Below are positions 27,060-36,223 of a DNA stretch of 64,000 nt, piece by piece (within the stretch, counting starts at the first letter, position 1; each line of letters opens with the position of its first letter). The stretch spans positions 5,379-69,378 of the forward strand of contig JARKQN010000016.1 of assembly GCA_029974835.1 (NCBI GenBank), in the 5' to 3' direction. Source of the DNA: Bacteroidales bacterium (GTDB lineage: Bacteria; Bacteroidota; Bacteroidia; Bacteroidales; VadinHA17). Below the pieces are notes generated by a model. That model had not been told where the DNA came from, ran no database searches, and was given only the letters and a program-made list of their open reading frames with translations. The translations under genes were made by a program, and so were the position numbers.

Positions 27060-28463
27060 ATGATGAAATTCGTTGCATTTAAATTACCACTCTGTTTTGT
27101 TTTATTCGCCGCTTTAACTTCATTGGATTACCACATTGGGATTGATGATGAAAGCATTAAGCCATGGTCGGGCAACCCGCGATACTGGCAGTATAAAGGC
27201 AACCCGGTTCTTTTACTCGGGGGCACAGATAATGATAACCTTTTTCAGAACGATAACCTTAAGTCACATCTCGATAGTCTTAGGATGGCAGGGGGAAACT
27301 ATGTCAGAAACACCATGAGCGACCGCGACCCGGGTGATGAAAAAGCATTTGCATTGAGGAAAGACGGCAAATATGACCTGACAAAATGGAACAGGGATTA
27401 CTGGAGGAAATTTGAGAACCTTCTCAGACTTGCCGGGGAGAGGGACATAATTGTTCAGATTGAGATATGGGACCGTTTTGACCATTCACGCGACAACTGG
27501 CTCAACGATCCTTATAATCCTAAGAATAATGTCAACTACACATATTCAGAAGCAAAGCTCGATTCAGTATACCCTCTGCACCCGGGTCAGAACAAACAGC
27601 CATTCTTTTTCACAGTGCCGGAACTGCAAAACAATGAAGTGCTACTGAAATATCAGAAAGCATTTGTAAAAAAACTTCTTTCAATATCACTTAAATATCC
27701 AAATGTGCTGTATTGCATTGACAATGAAACAACCGCCTCGGAAGCATGGGGTGCTTTCTGGGCTAAGTTTATAAAAGAAAATGCAGGCGGTCGGAAGATA
27801 TATGTTACAGAGATGTGGGATACCTGGGACGTTAAGACACCTATCCATAAACGAACTATCGACCACCCGGAGCTGTATGACTTCATTGATATTTCCCAGA
27901 ACAGCCAGATTACGGGCCGCCAGAACTGGGATAACGCACAATATGTATTCAATTATATTAAAGATAAACCCAGGCCGGTAAACAGCACGAAAATTTATGG
28001 AAACGATCGCGGCAGCTGGCTCGACAGGGGAATAAATACAGATCATGCAGTCCAGACTTTCTGCCGCAATGTGCTGGGAGGATTCGCATCAGCAAGGTTT
28101 CACAGACCGCCCTCCGGCCTTGGGCTAAGCCCCCTGTCGATTAACTGTATTAAAACCATCCGTAAAATCGAAGAAAAAGTAAGAATGTGGGATATTGTCC
28201 CCAGGATGGATCTGTTGATGGATGCGGAAGATAATGAAGCATATCTTGCGGCGAAAGAGGGAGAGGTTTATGTAGTCCTGTTCACAAACGGAGGTGAGGC
28301 AACTCTGGATCTCAGGGGACATAACAAAAGATTTTCAATAGACCGGATATCAGTTGACAATCCTGAATGGATAAAAGCCGGGTTCGTCGAAGGAAACAGC
28401 CTGGTTAAAATAGATGCCGGTACTCTGAAAACCTGTTTTGCTGTCATTCAGGCATTAAAGTGA
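27060..28463 (+). CDS. Hypothetical secreted protein (467 aa), possibly a TIM-barrel glycosidase
   Basis: Long ORF with a signal peptide, inside the co-directional CAZyme string. The NPRYWQYKGNPVLLLGG opening and a CIDNE motif recall clan GH-A-like hydrolases. I recognise no family. Confidence 0.55.
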   Translation: MMKFVAFKLPLCFVLFAALTSLDYHIGIDDESIKPWSGNPRYWQYKGNPVLLLGGTDNDNLFQNDNLKSHLDSLRMAGGNYVRNTMSDRDPGDEKAFALRKDGKYDLTKWNRDYWRKFENLLRLAGERDIIVQIEIWDRFDHSRDNWLNDPYNPKNNVNYTYSEAKLDSVYPLHPGQNKQPFFFTVPELQNNEVLLKYQKAFVKKLLSISLKYPNVLYCIDNETTASEAWGAFWAKFIKENAGGRKIYVTEMWDTWDVKTPIHKRTIDHPELYDFIDISQNSQITGRQNWDNAQYVFNYIKDKPRPVNSTKIYGNDRGSWLDRGINTDHAVQTFCRNVLGGFASARFHRPPSGLGLSPLSINCIKTIRKIEEKVRMWDIVPRMDLLMDAEDNEAYLAAKEGEVYVVLFTNGGEATLDLRGHNKRFSIDRISVDNPEWIKAGFVEGNSLVKIDAGTLKTCFAVIQALK

Positions 28464-28509
28464 ATAAAATTAGTTCGTTGATTTACGGGATTAAGATAAT
28501 TTATTAAAT

Positions 28510-29451
28510 ATGAAGATTGTTGTTCTCGACGGTTACTCATTGAATCCCGGTGATCTTTCGTGGGATGCCCTGAAGTCTCTCGGGGAAGTAAAGATTTATG
28601 ACCGTACCCCTGATGACCTCATAATTCAAAGGGCAGAAGGTGCGGAGATATTGCTGACCAATAAAACGATTCTGACTTCTGACATTATCGGGAGGCTTCC
28701 CAATTTAAAATATATCGGCGTTCTTGCCACTGGTTTTAACGTTGTGGATGCTGAATATGCGCGACAAAAAGATATAATTGTGACCAATGTTCCTGCATAC
28801 AGTACCATGTCGGTGGCTCAGCATACCTTTGCCCTTATACTTGAGTTCTACAATTATCCGGGAAAATTTTCGGAAGAAATCGGCAAGGGCCGTTGGAGCA
28901 CAAACCCCGACTTCTGTTACTGGGAGAAGCCTCTTAACGAACTTGCCGGAAAAACAATCGGTATTATTGGTTTTGGAAGGATTGGAAGGGCGGTCGCAAG
29001 GATTGCTTCTGCGTTTGAAATGAATGTGACAGTAAATGAAGTGTCTGAAGTTGCCGGATACAGGAATTGTTCGCTGGAGGATCTCCTGAGGGAAAGCGAC
29101 ATTGTAACGCTTCATTGTCCGCTCACTCCCGAAACAAAAGGCATGATAAACATCAGCAGACTCAGGATCATGAAACCTTCAGCCCTTCTTGTGAACTGTG
29201 CACGGGGCCCTCTGATCGTGGAGTCCGATCTTGCCGATGCACTTAATAAAGGTATGATTGCCGGTGCTGCCCTTGACGTTCTCTCTGAAGAGCCTCCACG
29301 GCCAGATAACCCTTTACTGAAAGCAAAAAACTGCATAATTACCCCGCATGTGGCATGGGCAACATTTGAGGCACGGCAGCGGCTTATGGAAATAGCTGTT
29401 GATAATGTAAAATCATTTCTTGAAGCAAAGCCGGTGAATGTTGTAAACTGA
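28510..29451 (+). CDS. D-isomer-specific 2-hydroxyacid dehydrogenase (glycerate/hydroxypyruvate reductase-like)
   Basis: 313 aa. NAD-binding motif GIIGFGRIGRAVARIA and catalytic region NCARGPLI...TPHVAWAT. Confidence 0.85.
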   Translation: MKIVVLDGYSLNPGDLSWDALKSLGEVKIYDRTPDDLIIQRAEGAEILLTNKTILTSDIIGRLPNLKYIGVLATGFNVVDAEYARQKDIIVTNVPAYSTMSVAQHTFALILEFYNYPGKFSEEIGKGRWSTNPDFCYWEKPLNELAGKTIGIIGFGRIGRAVARIASAFEMNVTVNEVSEVAGYRNCSLEDLLRESDIVTLHCPLTPETKGMINISRLRIMKPSALLVNCARGPLIVESDLADALNKGMIAGAALDVLSEEPPRPDNPLLKAKNCIITPHVAWATFEARQRLMEIAVDNVKSFLEAKPVNVVN

Positions 29452-29520
29452 ATACATTTTATGCGTTTAAGGGTGGCAATAATATCCAATGGTTTTGCGG
29501 ACTGAAATTGTGAGACTTTT

Positions 29521-29871
29521 TTAACAGGGTACCGGATGCCATTTACCACTGTTCGTATCCCAGCAGCATAGATCATCTGCCTGGGGAAAGGTTGTTGTGT
29601 ATGAAGCCTTTGGTCCTTTGACAGCCCAGTTTGCAGGCCCGCTGTAGGCCAGACCGTGAAGACCTTCGATGGTTCGTGTTCCGGCAACCCCCAGCCTTGG
29701 TATCGAAAGGCGGGTTGAAAGACAACTAAGTTTTTTGTCAAGAGTCATCAGGGATATAAGATTTCTGATCCGCTGGTCTTCCGTAAGCCCTGTATCCTGA
29801 AACGGATAAGACTGAGCATGTGTGAAATTGCAGAATGACGCGATGGTTAAGAAAAAAATCAGGCGTTTCAT
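29521..29871 (-). pseudogene. Remnant of a GH3 beta-glucosidase/xylosidase gene (N-terminal ~110 codons only)
   Basis: A signal peptide is followed by the GH3 N-terminal pattern YPFQDTGLTEDQRIRNLISLMTLDKK...IPRLGV...EGLHGLA...TTFPQA. The sequence then degenerates (ADDLCCWD versus the family's AIGLAATWD) and stops. Only 69 bp remain before the neighbouring gene, whereas GH3 enzymes are about 750 aa. Confidence 0.6.
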
Positions 29872-30127
29872 GATGACATGGTTTTTCGGGTTCCGGGTTT
29901 AATGTTTTACTCCTGAATGTATTTTTCTGATAAAGGTGGAAAAAAAACGAAAAAAACTTGCTTAAAACCGGGCAAAGATGAAAAAATCACCGGCTCTCTT
30001 CAGCACTATACGGCGAAAAATGCCAAAACAGAGAGCCCGGAAACTTAAAATATGGTTGCGGAAATAAATCTTTAACGAAACTGTAAGAATAATCCTGGAA
30101 AAGATATAAAATATTTAGAAAATATAT

Positions 30128-30135
30128 TAATTTTG
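30128..30135 (+). promoter_or_regulatory. Candidate -7 box (TAatTTTG) upstream of proB
   Basis: Matches TAnnTTTG 50 nt upstream of the ATG at 30185. No clean -33 box. Confidence 0.3.
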
Positions 30136-30184
30136 CGGGAAAAATTTTCAAATATGATTGATTTTGTAAACGGGTAAAATTGAA

Positions 30185-31315
30185 ATGAATGTTGAACTGA
30201 AAAACAGAAAGAGAGAATTCCGGCGTATTACCGTAAAAATCGGCAGCAATGTTGTGACGATGGACGACGGTTCCCTGAATACATGGAGAATCTCAAGAAT
30301 AGTTGAAGACATCGCAACGCTTTACCGCAACGGCATAGAAGTGATACTTGTCACATCGGGAGCCGTCGCGGCAGGAAGGGCTGAAATTTCTCCTTCCAGG
30401 AAAACAAATATTGTGGAAGCAAAACAGATTCTTGCAGCTGTCGGACAGGTAAAACTGATGGGAAGCTATCAGTATCTCTTCGGAAAATACGGTATACCTG
30501 CCGGTCAGGTCCTCGCAACCAAGGAAAGCTTTATGGACCGCAGGCATTACCTTAATATGAAAAACTGTATCCTGGCAATGCTTGAAAACAACGTCATACC
30601 TGTTGTTAACGAAAATGATACCATTTCTGTCAATGAACTGATGTTCACCGACAACGATGAACTTTCATGCCTCATCTCGTCAATGATGGATTGCTCCGCG
30701 CTTTTTATACTTACTAACGTTGACGGTATTTACACGGGCTTGCCGGGCGACGACGGCACCGAACTGATCAGAAAAATAGAGCCTGACTCCAAAGGAATCG
30801 AACAATATATATTTTCATTCAGGTCGGAGTTCGGAAGAGGGGGCATGCACACAAAATACAGCAGCGCGAGAAAGCTCTCTTCAGAAGGTATTAACGTTTT
30901 CATCGCAAACGGCCTGCGCGACTCAATAGTAACCGACATTATAAGAGGAAAAGAGGTGCCCTGCACACATTTTATACCATCACCGGAGAAAAGAAACGGG
31001 GTAAAGAAATGGATTGCACACTCACAACATTTTGCAAGGGGTAGTGTCTTTGTCAACACCGGAGCAAGGGAAGCTCTCCTGGGGCCAAAGGCCTCAAGCC
31101 TCCTGCTGGTTGGAGTCACCAGAATAGAAGGATATTTTGAAAAAGGTGATATAATCAGGATAGCAGATGAGGAGGGTAACTGGCTCGGGCTGGGCAAGTC
31201 GGAATTCGACTCGGAGAAAGCCAGGGAAAACATCGGGAAAAAAAACCCAAAACCGCTTGTCCATTACCATTACCTCGTACTTAATGAGAGATCCGGCGTC
31301 GAAACAGCCATCTGA
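30185..31315 (+). CDS. proB: Glutamate 5-kinase (with C-terminal PUA domain)
   Basis: 376 aa. Amino-acid kinase pattern ITVKIGSNVVT, VILVTSGAVAAG, FTDNDELS, followed by a PUA-like C-terminus. Confidence 0.9.
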   Translation: MNVELKNRKREFRRITVKIGSNVVTMDDGSLNTWRISRIVEDIATLYRNGIEVILVTSGAVAAGRAEISPSRKTNIVEAKQILAAVGQVKLMGSYQYLFGKYGIPAGQVLATKESFMDRRHYLNMKNCILAMLENNVIPVVNENDTISVNELMFTDNDELSCLISSMMDCSALFILTNVDGIYTGLPGDDGTELIRKIEPDSKGIEQYIFSFRSEFGRGGMHTKYSSARKLSSEGINVFIANGLRDSIVTDIIRGKEVPCTHFIPSPEKRNGVKKWIAHSQHFARGSVFVNTGAREALLGPKASSLLLVGVTRIEGYFEKGDIIRIADEEGNWLGLGKSEFDSEKARENIGKKNPKPLVHYHYLVLNERSGVETAI

Positions 31316-31331
31316 GAGAAAACCGTAAAAA

Positions 31332-32579
31332 ATGAATTGCAAACCATTATTCAGGAAAGCCGCCGAAGCAGGCAGGAAACTGATTCTGACAGAAAAGGGT
31401 GTAAAAGATAAAATTCTGATGACCCTTGCCGATGCTGTCGAAAAGGAAATCCCTCTCATCCTTTCCGCGAACCGGAAAGACCTGATGAGAATGCCTGAGA
31501 GTGATCCACGGTACGACAGGCTCCTTCTTACCGACGAGAGGATAAGGGGAATTACGGCCGACATGCGCAATGTCGCCTCATTGCCTTCCCCCCTGGGGAG
31601 GGTTCTGGATACGAAAATAAGACCCAATGGACTACGGATTTCAAAGGTAAGCGTACCGTTCGGTTTAATCGGAATTATTTATGAGGCGCGACCGAACGTG
31701 ACTCTCGACGTTTTCTCACTCTGTTTCAAGGCGGGCAGCGCCTGTATTCTGAAGGGCGGCAGTGATGCCATAAATTCAAATCTCGCTCTTGTAAATATTA
31801 TCAGCACCGTCCTGGAAAAGGAAGGAATAGACAAAAACAGTGTCACCCTTCTCCCTGCCGGACACAATGAAACGCTTCAACTGCTCTCAGCCTCCGATTA
31901 TGTCGATCTTATTATCCCCAGGGGAGGTCGCTCGCTTATAGACTTTGTCCGGCAAAACGCAAAGGTGCCTGTAATCGAAACCGGGGCGGGTATATGCCAT
32001 ACATATTTTGATGAGTACGGCGACAGGGAAAAAGGCAGAATAATTATTGCCAATGCCAAAACGCGGAGAGTAAGCGTATGCAATGCATTGGACTGCCTGA
32101 TAATTCATGATAAAAGGCTCGCGGACCTGACATACCTTGTAAGCCTTTGCAGGGATAAAAATGTACTGATTTTTGCCGATAAACCGGCTTACAAAAGTCT
32201 TAACGGCAAATACCCTGCTCACCTCCTTCAGCACGCCACAAGAGAATCCTGGGGAACAGAGTTTCTTTCGTATAAAATGGCAGTAAAAACCGTATCCTCT
32301 TTTGAGGATGCAATAAATCATATTACAAAATACAGTTCAAAACACAGCGAAGCCATAATATCTGAAGATCAGGAAAATATCAAAAAATTCTTCAGCCTAG
32401 TCGATGCTGCGGCTCTCTATTCAAATACATCCACTGCATTCACCGACGGAGCACAGTTCGGTCTGGGGGCAGAGATAGGTATATCCACACAGAAACTGCA
32501 TGCGCGCGGACCTATGGCTCTCGAAGAACTTACAACATACAAGTGGATCATCGAAGGTAACGGCCAGATAAGAAGCTGA
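31332..32579 (+). CDS. proA: Glutamate-5-semialdehyde dehydrogenase (gamma-glutamyl phosphate reductase)
   Basis: 415 aa. Carries [22 protein letters not shown] (catalytic Cys) and KHSEAIIS. It starts 16 nt after proB. Confidence 0.9.
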   Translation: MNCKPLFRKAAEAGRKLILTEKGVKDKILMTLADAVEKEIPLILSANRKDLMRMPESDPRYDRLLLTDERIRGITADMRNVASLPSPLGRVLDTKIRPNGLRISKVSVPFGLIGIIYEARPNVTLDVFSLCFKAGSACILKGGSDAINSNLALVNIISTVLEKEGIDKNSVTLLPAGHNETLQLLSASDYVDLIIPRGGRSLIDFVRQNAKVPVIETGAGICHTYFDEYGDREKGRIIIANAKTRRVSVCNALDCLIIHDKRLADLTYLVSLCRDKNVLIFADKPAYKSLNGKYPAHLLQHATRESWGTEFLSYKMAVKTVSSFEDAINHITKYSSKHSEAIISEDQENIKKFFSLVDAAALYSNTSTAFTDGAQFGLGAEIGISTQKLHARGPMALEELTTYKWIIEGNGQIRS

Positions 32580-32595
32580 AACATTTGAAAGGATA

Positions 32596-34860
32596 ATGAA
32601 GGGAATTGAGTTTATAAGGGGATTTCATAACGACCTTCCCGGTAAAATGAAGGAGATAAGGAAAAGAGCAGGCCGCCCCCTGACTCTTACTGAGAAGATT
32701 CTGTTCAGCCACCTTTACGAAAAGGAAGATTTATCCCGCACCGTAAGGGGCTCGGCTTATGCAGGTCTCAGACCCGACCGCCTTGCAATGCAGGATGCCA
32801 CAGCCCAGATGTCGCTGCTCCAGTTTATGCTTTCAGGGAGTAAAACTTCTGACATCCCGGCTTCGGTTCATTGCGACCATTTGATAATCGCATCAGAGGG
32901 TGCCAGGGAAGATTTGAAAAATGCAGAGGAGGAAAACAGGGAGGTTTATGATTTCCTTTCCTCGGTCTGCCTGAAATACGGGATCACTTTTCACGGTCCC
33001 GGCACGGGAATCATCCATCAGATTGTCCTTGAGAACTATGCATTCCCGGGCGGCCTGATTATTGGAACAGATTCCCACACTCCTAATGCCGGCGGATTGG
33101 GAATGCTGGCAATAGGCGTTGGCGGAGCCGATGCCGTTGATGCCATGACAGGCATGCCATGGGAACTGAAGATGCCGGGTATTATTGGTGTCAGGCTCAC
33201 AGGCAAACTATCGGGATGGAGTTCTCCGAAGGATGTGATTCTTAAACTTGCAGGCATACTTACCGTAAAAGGAGGCACAGGCAGTGTTATCGAATACTTC
33301 GGCGAAGGAGCCGCCTCACTCTCCTGCACCGGAAAGGCAACAATCTGCAATATGGGTGCAGAAACAGGTGCCACATCCTCGCTCTTCCCCTTCGATCAGT
33401 CAATGGCCGCATACCTGGTGGCAACCGGCAGGGAAGAGATTGCGGAACTCTCCTTCATCAACAGGGAGCATCTCACAGCCGACCCGGAGGTTTACAGTAA
33501 TCCGGAAAAATACTTCGACAGGATCGTTGATATAAACCTTTCAGATCTTGAACCTCATATCAACGGCCCTTTCAGTCCCGACATTGCCACGCCGGTAAAT
33601 GCCATGAAGAAGACCATTGCCGAAAAAAACTGGCCCGAAAATGTGGAGGTGGTACTGGCAGGCTCGTGTACAAACTCATCCTATGAGGACCTGTCGGCGG
33701 CAGCCTCCGTAATCAATGATGCCATCTCGAAGAAGCTTAGACCCAAAACCCGGATTATCATTTCTCCGGGCTCGGAGCTTGTTCGGCAGATGGCTGAAAA
33801 GAGTGGTATTATGGACAAATTCAGAGAGGCAGGCGCTTTAATACTTGCAAATGCATGCGGCCCTTGCATCGGACAATGGAAAAGGGATCCGGGCGGCAGC
33901 GACAGGGTGAATTCCATAGTTCACACTTTCAACCGGAATTTTGCAAGACGGACCGACGGCAACCCAAACACCCACGTCTTTGTTACCTCACCCGAACTGG
34001 CAATGGCTATCGCTTTCTCCGGAAAACTCACATTCAATCCTCTTACGGATTCCCTTATTAATGAAGAGGGAGAAAAAGTGAGGCTTGAAGAACCTCTGAG
34101 GGCCAGACTGACAACCGAAACAAAAGAATTTGTTGGTGGTAAGGTGCCGGACGAAAGTAAACCGGAGGAAAAAACCGAAATAAAAATTCCTGAAAAGTCC
34201 GAAAGGCTTCAGCTTCTGAAACCTTTCCCGGAATGGGACGGCAAAGATTTCACCGGTCTCTGCCTCCTGATAAAAGCAAAGGGAAAATGCACGACCGACC
34301 ATATATCCATGGCCGGACCATGGCTCCGGTACAGGGGACATCTTGAAAATATTTCCCGGAACTATATGATGGGAGCGGTTAATGCTTTTAATAATTTACA
34401 GAACAACGTTCTGAATCAGCTTACAGGAAAGTATGCCCCGGTTTATGAGGCGGCAAAAGAATACCGCGACACGGGCAAAGGGTCAGTGGTGGTGGCTGAG
34501 GAAAATTTCGGGGAAGGGTCATCTCGTGAACATGCAGCCATGGAGGCAAGATTCCTCGGTGTCAGAGCCGTTGTGGCAAAATCGTTCGCAAGAATCCACG
34601 AGACAAATCTCAAAAAACAGGGAGTTCTGGCGCTTACTTTCAGATATCCGGACGACTACGGGAAAATAAAGGAAGATGACCGTATTGATATTACAGGAAT
34701 AACGGGAATGACACCCGGGAGTACTCTCCGCCTTTTACTCAGACATTCAGACGGTACATCTGACGAGATACCCCTTGCGCATTCATACAGCGAAAAGCAA
34801 ATTGAATGGTTCAGGGCAGGCAGTGCTCTGAATGTGATAAGGAAACAAAACATCAGATAA
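32596..34860 (+). CDS. acnA: Aconitate hydratase, short mitochondrial-type (754 aa)
   Basis: Aconitase motifs IGTDSHTPNAGGLG, GSCTNSS and NACGPCIG (Fe-S Cys ligands), plus a swivel domain with GEGSSREHAA. At 754 aa it matches the mitochondrial-like class rather than AcnA (~890 aa) or AcnB (~865 aa). Confidence 0.9.
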   Translation: MKGIEFIRGFHNDLPGKMKEIRKRAGRPLTLTEKILFSHLYEKEDLSRTVRGSAYAGLRPDRLAMQDATAQMSLLQFMLSGSKTSDIPASVHCDHLIIASEGAREDLKNAEEENREVYDFLSSVCLKYGITFHGPGTGIIHQIVLENYAFPGGLIIGTDSHTPNAGGLGMLAIGVGGADAVDAMTGMPWELKMPGIIGVRLTGKLSGWSSPKDVILKLAGILTVKGGTGSVIEYFGEGAASLSCTGKATICNMGAETGATSSLFPFDQSMAAYLVATGREEIAELSFINREHLTADPEVYSNPEKYFDRIVDINLSDLEPHINGPFSPDIATPVNAMKKTIAEKNWPENVEVVLAGSCTNSSYEDLSAAASVINDAISKKLRPKTRIIISPGSELVRQMAEKSGIMDKFREAGALILANACGPCIGQWKRDPGGSDRVNSIVHTFNRNFARRTDGNPNTHVFVTSPELAMAIAFSGKLTFNPLTDSLINEEGEKVRLEEPLRARLTTETKEFVGGKVPDESKPEEKTEIKIPEKSERLQLLKPFPEWDGKDFTGLCLLIKAKGKCTTDHISMAGPWLRYRGHLENISRNYMMGAVNAFNNLQNNVLNQLTGKYAPVYEAAKEYRDTGKGSVVVAEENFGEGSSREHAAMEARFLGVRAVVAKSFARIHETNLKKQGVLALTFRYPDDYGKIKEDDRIDITGITGMTPGSTLRLLLRHSDGTSDEIPLAHSYSEKQIEWFRAGSALNVIRKQNIR

Positions 34861-34944
34861 TTGATTTTTCAGGAAACGCAGGAGATTAATGAAGATACTT
34901 CTTATAAACTTTAAATGAAGGTATAAATAACAGAATGAGCAGAT

Positions 34945-36210
34945 ATGAATCCCGGTAAAATAACATACGATAAAGGACGGCTTCTTGTGCCCGATAATCC
35001 GATAATCCCGTTTATTGAGGGTGACGGTACAGGTCCCGATATATGGCGGGCGGCAGTGCGGGTGATAGACGCTGCTGTTGGGAATGCCTATGCAGGCAAA
35101 AGAGGAATCTCGTGGATGGAAGTCCTTGCCGGTGAAAAGGCATTCAGAACAACGGGAAAATGGCTTCCTGAGGATACTGTCAGGGCGTTCAGGGAGAATC
35201 TGGTCGGGATTAAGGGACCTCTTACAACGCCTGTAGGAGAGGGAATTCGTTCCATCAATGTCGCCCTCAGGCAGGAACTCGACCTTTATGTCTGCTACAG
35301 GCCCGTGAGATATTTCAGAGGTGTTCCGAGTCCTGTCAGGCATCCGGAACTGGTTGACATGCATATTTTCAGGGAAAACACTGAAGATATTTATGCCGGA
35401 ATAGAATTCATGACCGGAGAGCCGGCAACGGAAAAGTTTAAGAATTTTCTTCTTTCGGAGATGGGTGTCAGTAAGGTCAGATTTCCCGAATCGTCTTCTT
35501 TTGCTGTCAAGCCTGTTTCGGTTGAGGGCACCGAAAGGCTTGTAAGACAGGCAATAAGGTTTGCGATTGAAAGAAAACTCACTTCAGTAACCCTTGTGCA
35601 CAAGGGTAATATCATGAAGTTCACTGAGGGTGCCTTTATGAAGTGGGGATATTCGCTCGCCGAAAGAGAATTCGGACAATATGTTTTCACCTGGGAACAA
35701 TACCGGTCAACAGAGAAAAAATACGGAACGAAAAAAGCGGAAGAGGAACTGACCAGTGCCGTCACAGAGGGCAAAGTGATTATAAAGGATGTCATCACCG
35801 ACGCTTTTCTTCAGCAGATACTTACCCGCCCGGCCGACTATTCGGTGATTGCCACATTAAACCTTAACGGCGACTATATCTCCGACGCTCTTGCTGCTAT
35901 AGTGGGCGGGATAGGCATTGCACCGGGTGCAAACATAAACTATGAAACCGGCCATGCTGTTTTTGAGGCAACCCATGGAACCGCTCCGAAATACGCCGGG
36001 CAGGATAAGGTAAATCCGGGTTCGGTTATCCTGTCGGGCGCACTGATGCTGGAGTATATGGGATGGAATGAAGCTGCCGGATTGATATACAAAGGACTGG
36101 AGGCTGCAATATCTGCCGGAAAAGTCACCTACGACTTTCACAGGCTTATGGACGGTGCGACACTTTTAAAAACTTCGGAATTTGCCGGTGAAATAATAAA
36201 ATCAATGTAA
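34945..36210 (+). CDS. icd: Isocitrate dehydrogenase (NADP-type, homodimeric)
   Basis: 421 aa. Carries [37 protein letters not shown] and GTAPKYAG. Confidence 0.9.
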   Translation: MNPGKITYDKGRLLVPDNPIIPFIEGDGTGPDIWRAAVRVIDAAVGNAYAGKRGISWMEVLAGEKAFRTTGKWLPEDTVRAFRENLVGIKGPLTTPVGEGIRSINVALRQELDLYVCYRPVRYFRGVPSPVRHPELVDMHIFRENTEDIYAGIEFMTGEPATEKFKNFLLSEMGVSKVRFPESSSFAVKPVSVEGTERLVRQAIRFAIERKLTSVTLVHKGNIMKFTEGAFMKWGYSLAEREFGQYVFTWEQYRSTEKKYGTKKAEEELTSAVTEGKVIIKDVITDAFLQQILTRPADYSVIATLNLNGDYISDALAAIVGGIGIAPGANINYETGHAVFEATHGTAPKYAGQDKVNPGSVILSGALMLEYMGWNEAAGLIYKGLEAAISAGKVTYDFHRLMDGATLLKTSEFAGEIIKSM

Positions 36211-36223
36211 TCACATCAGAGAA

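Noticed and set aside
29112-29741. 209-aa minus-strand ORF, and similar long antisense ORFs (for example 31094-31627, 33036-33374, 40300-40812, 45712-46200, 11164-11808, 3997-4620).
   Set aside because: - They lie antisense to, or out of frame within, strongly supported genes.
- They have low-complexity or atypical composition and no recognisable motifs.
- They are typical shadow ORFs.
29978-30067. 29-codon basic sORF (MKKSPALFSTIRRKMPKQRARKLKIWLRK) with an internal hairpin (29990-30040) upstream of proBA, considered as a proline leader/attenuator.
   Set aside because: - It has only two Pro codons, and they are not consecutive.
- The hairpin has no U-tract.
- The best promoter-like box for proB (30128-30135) lies downstream of the sORF.
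- It is most likely fortuitous.
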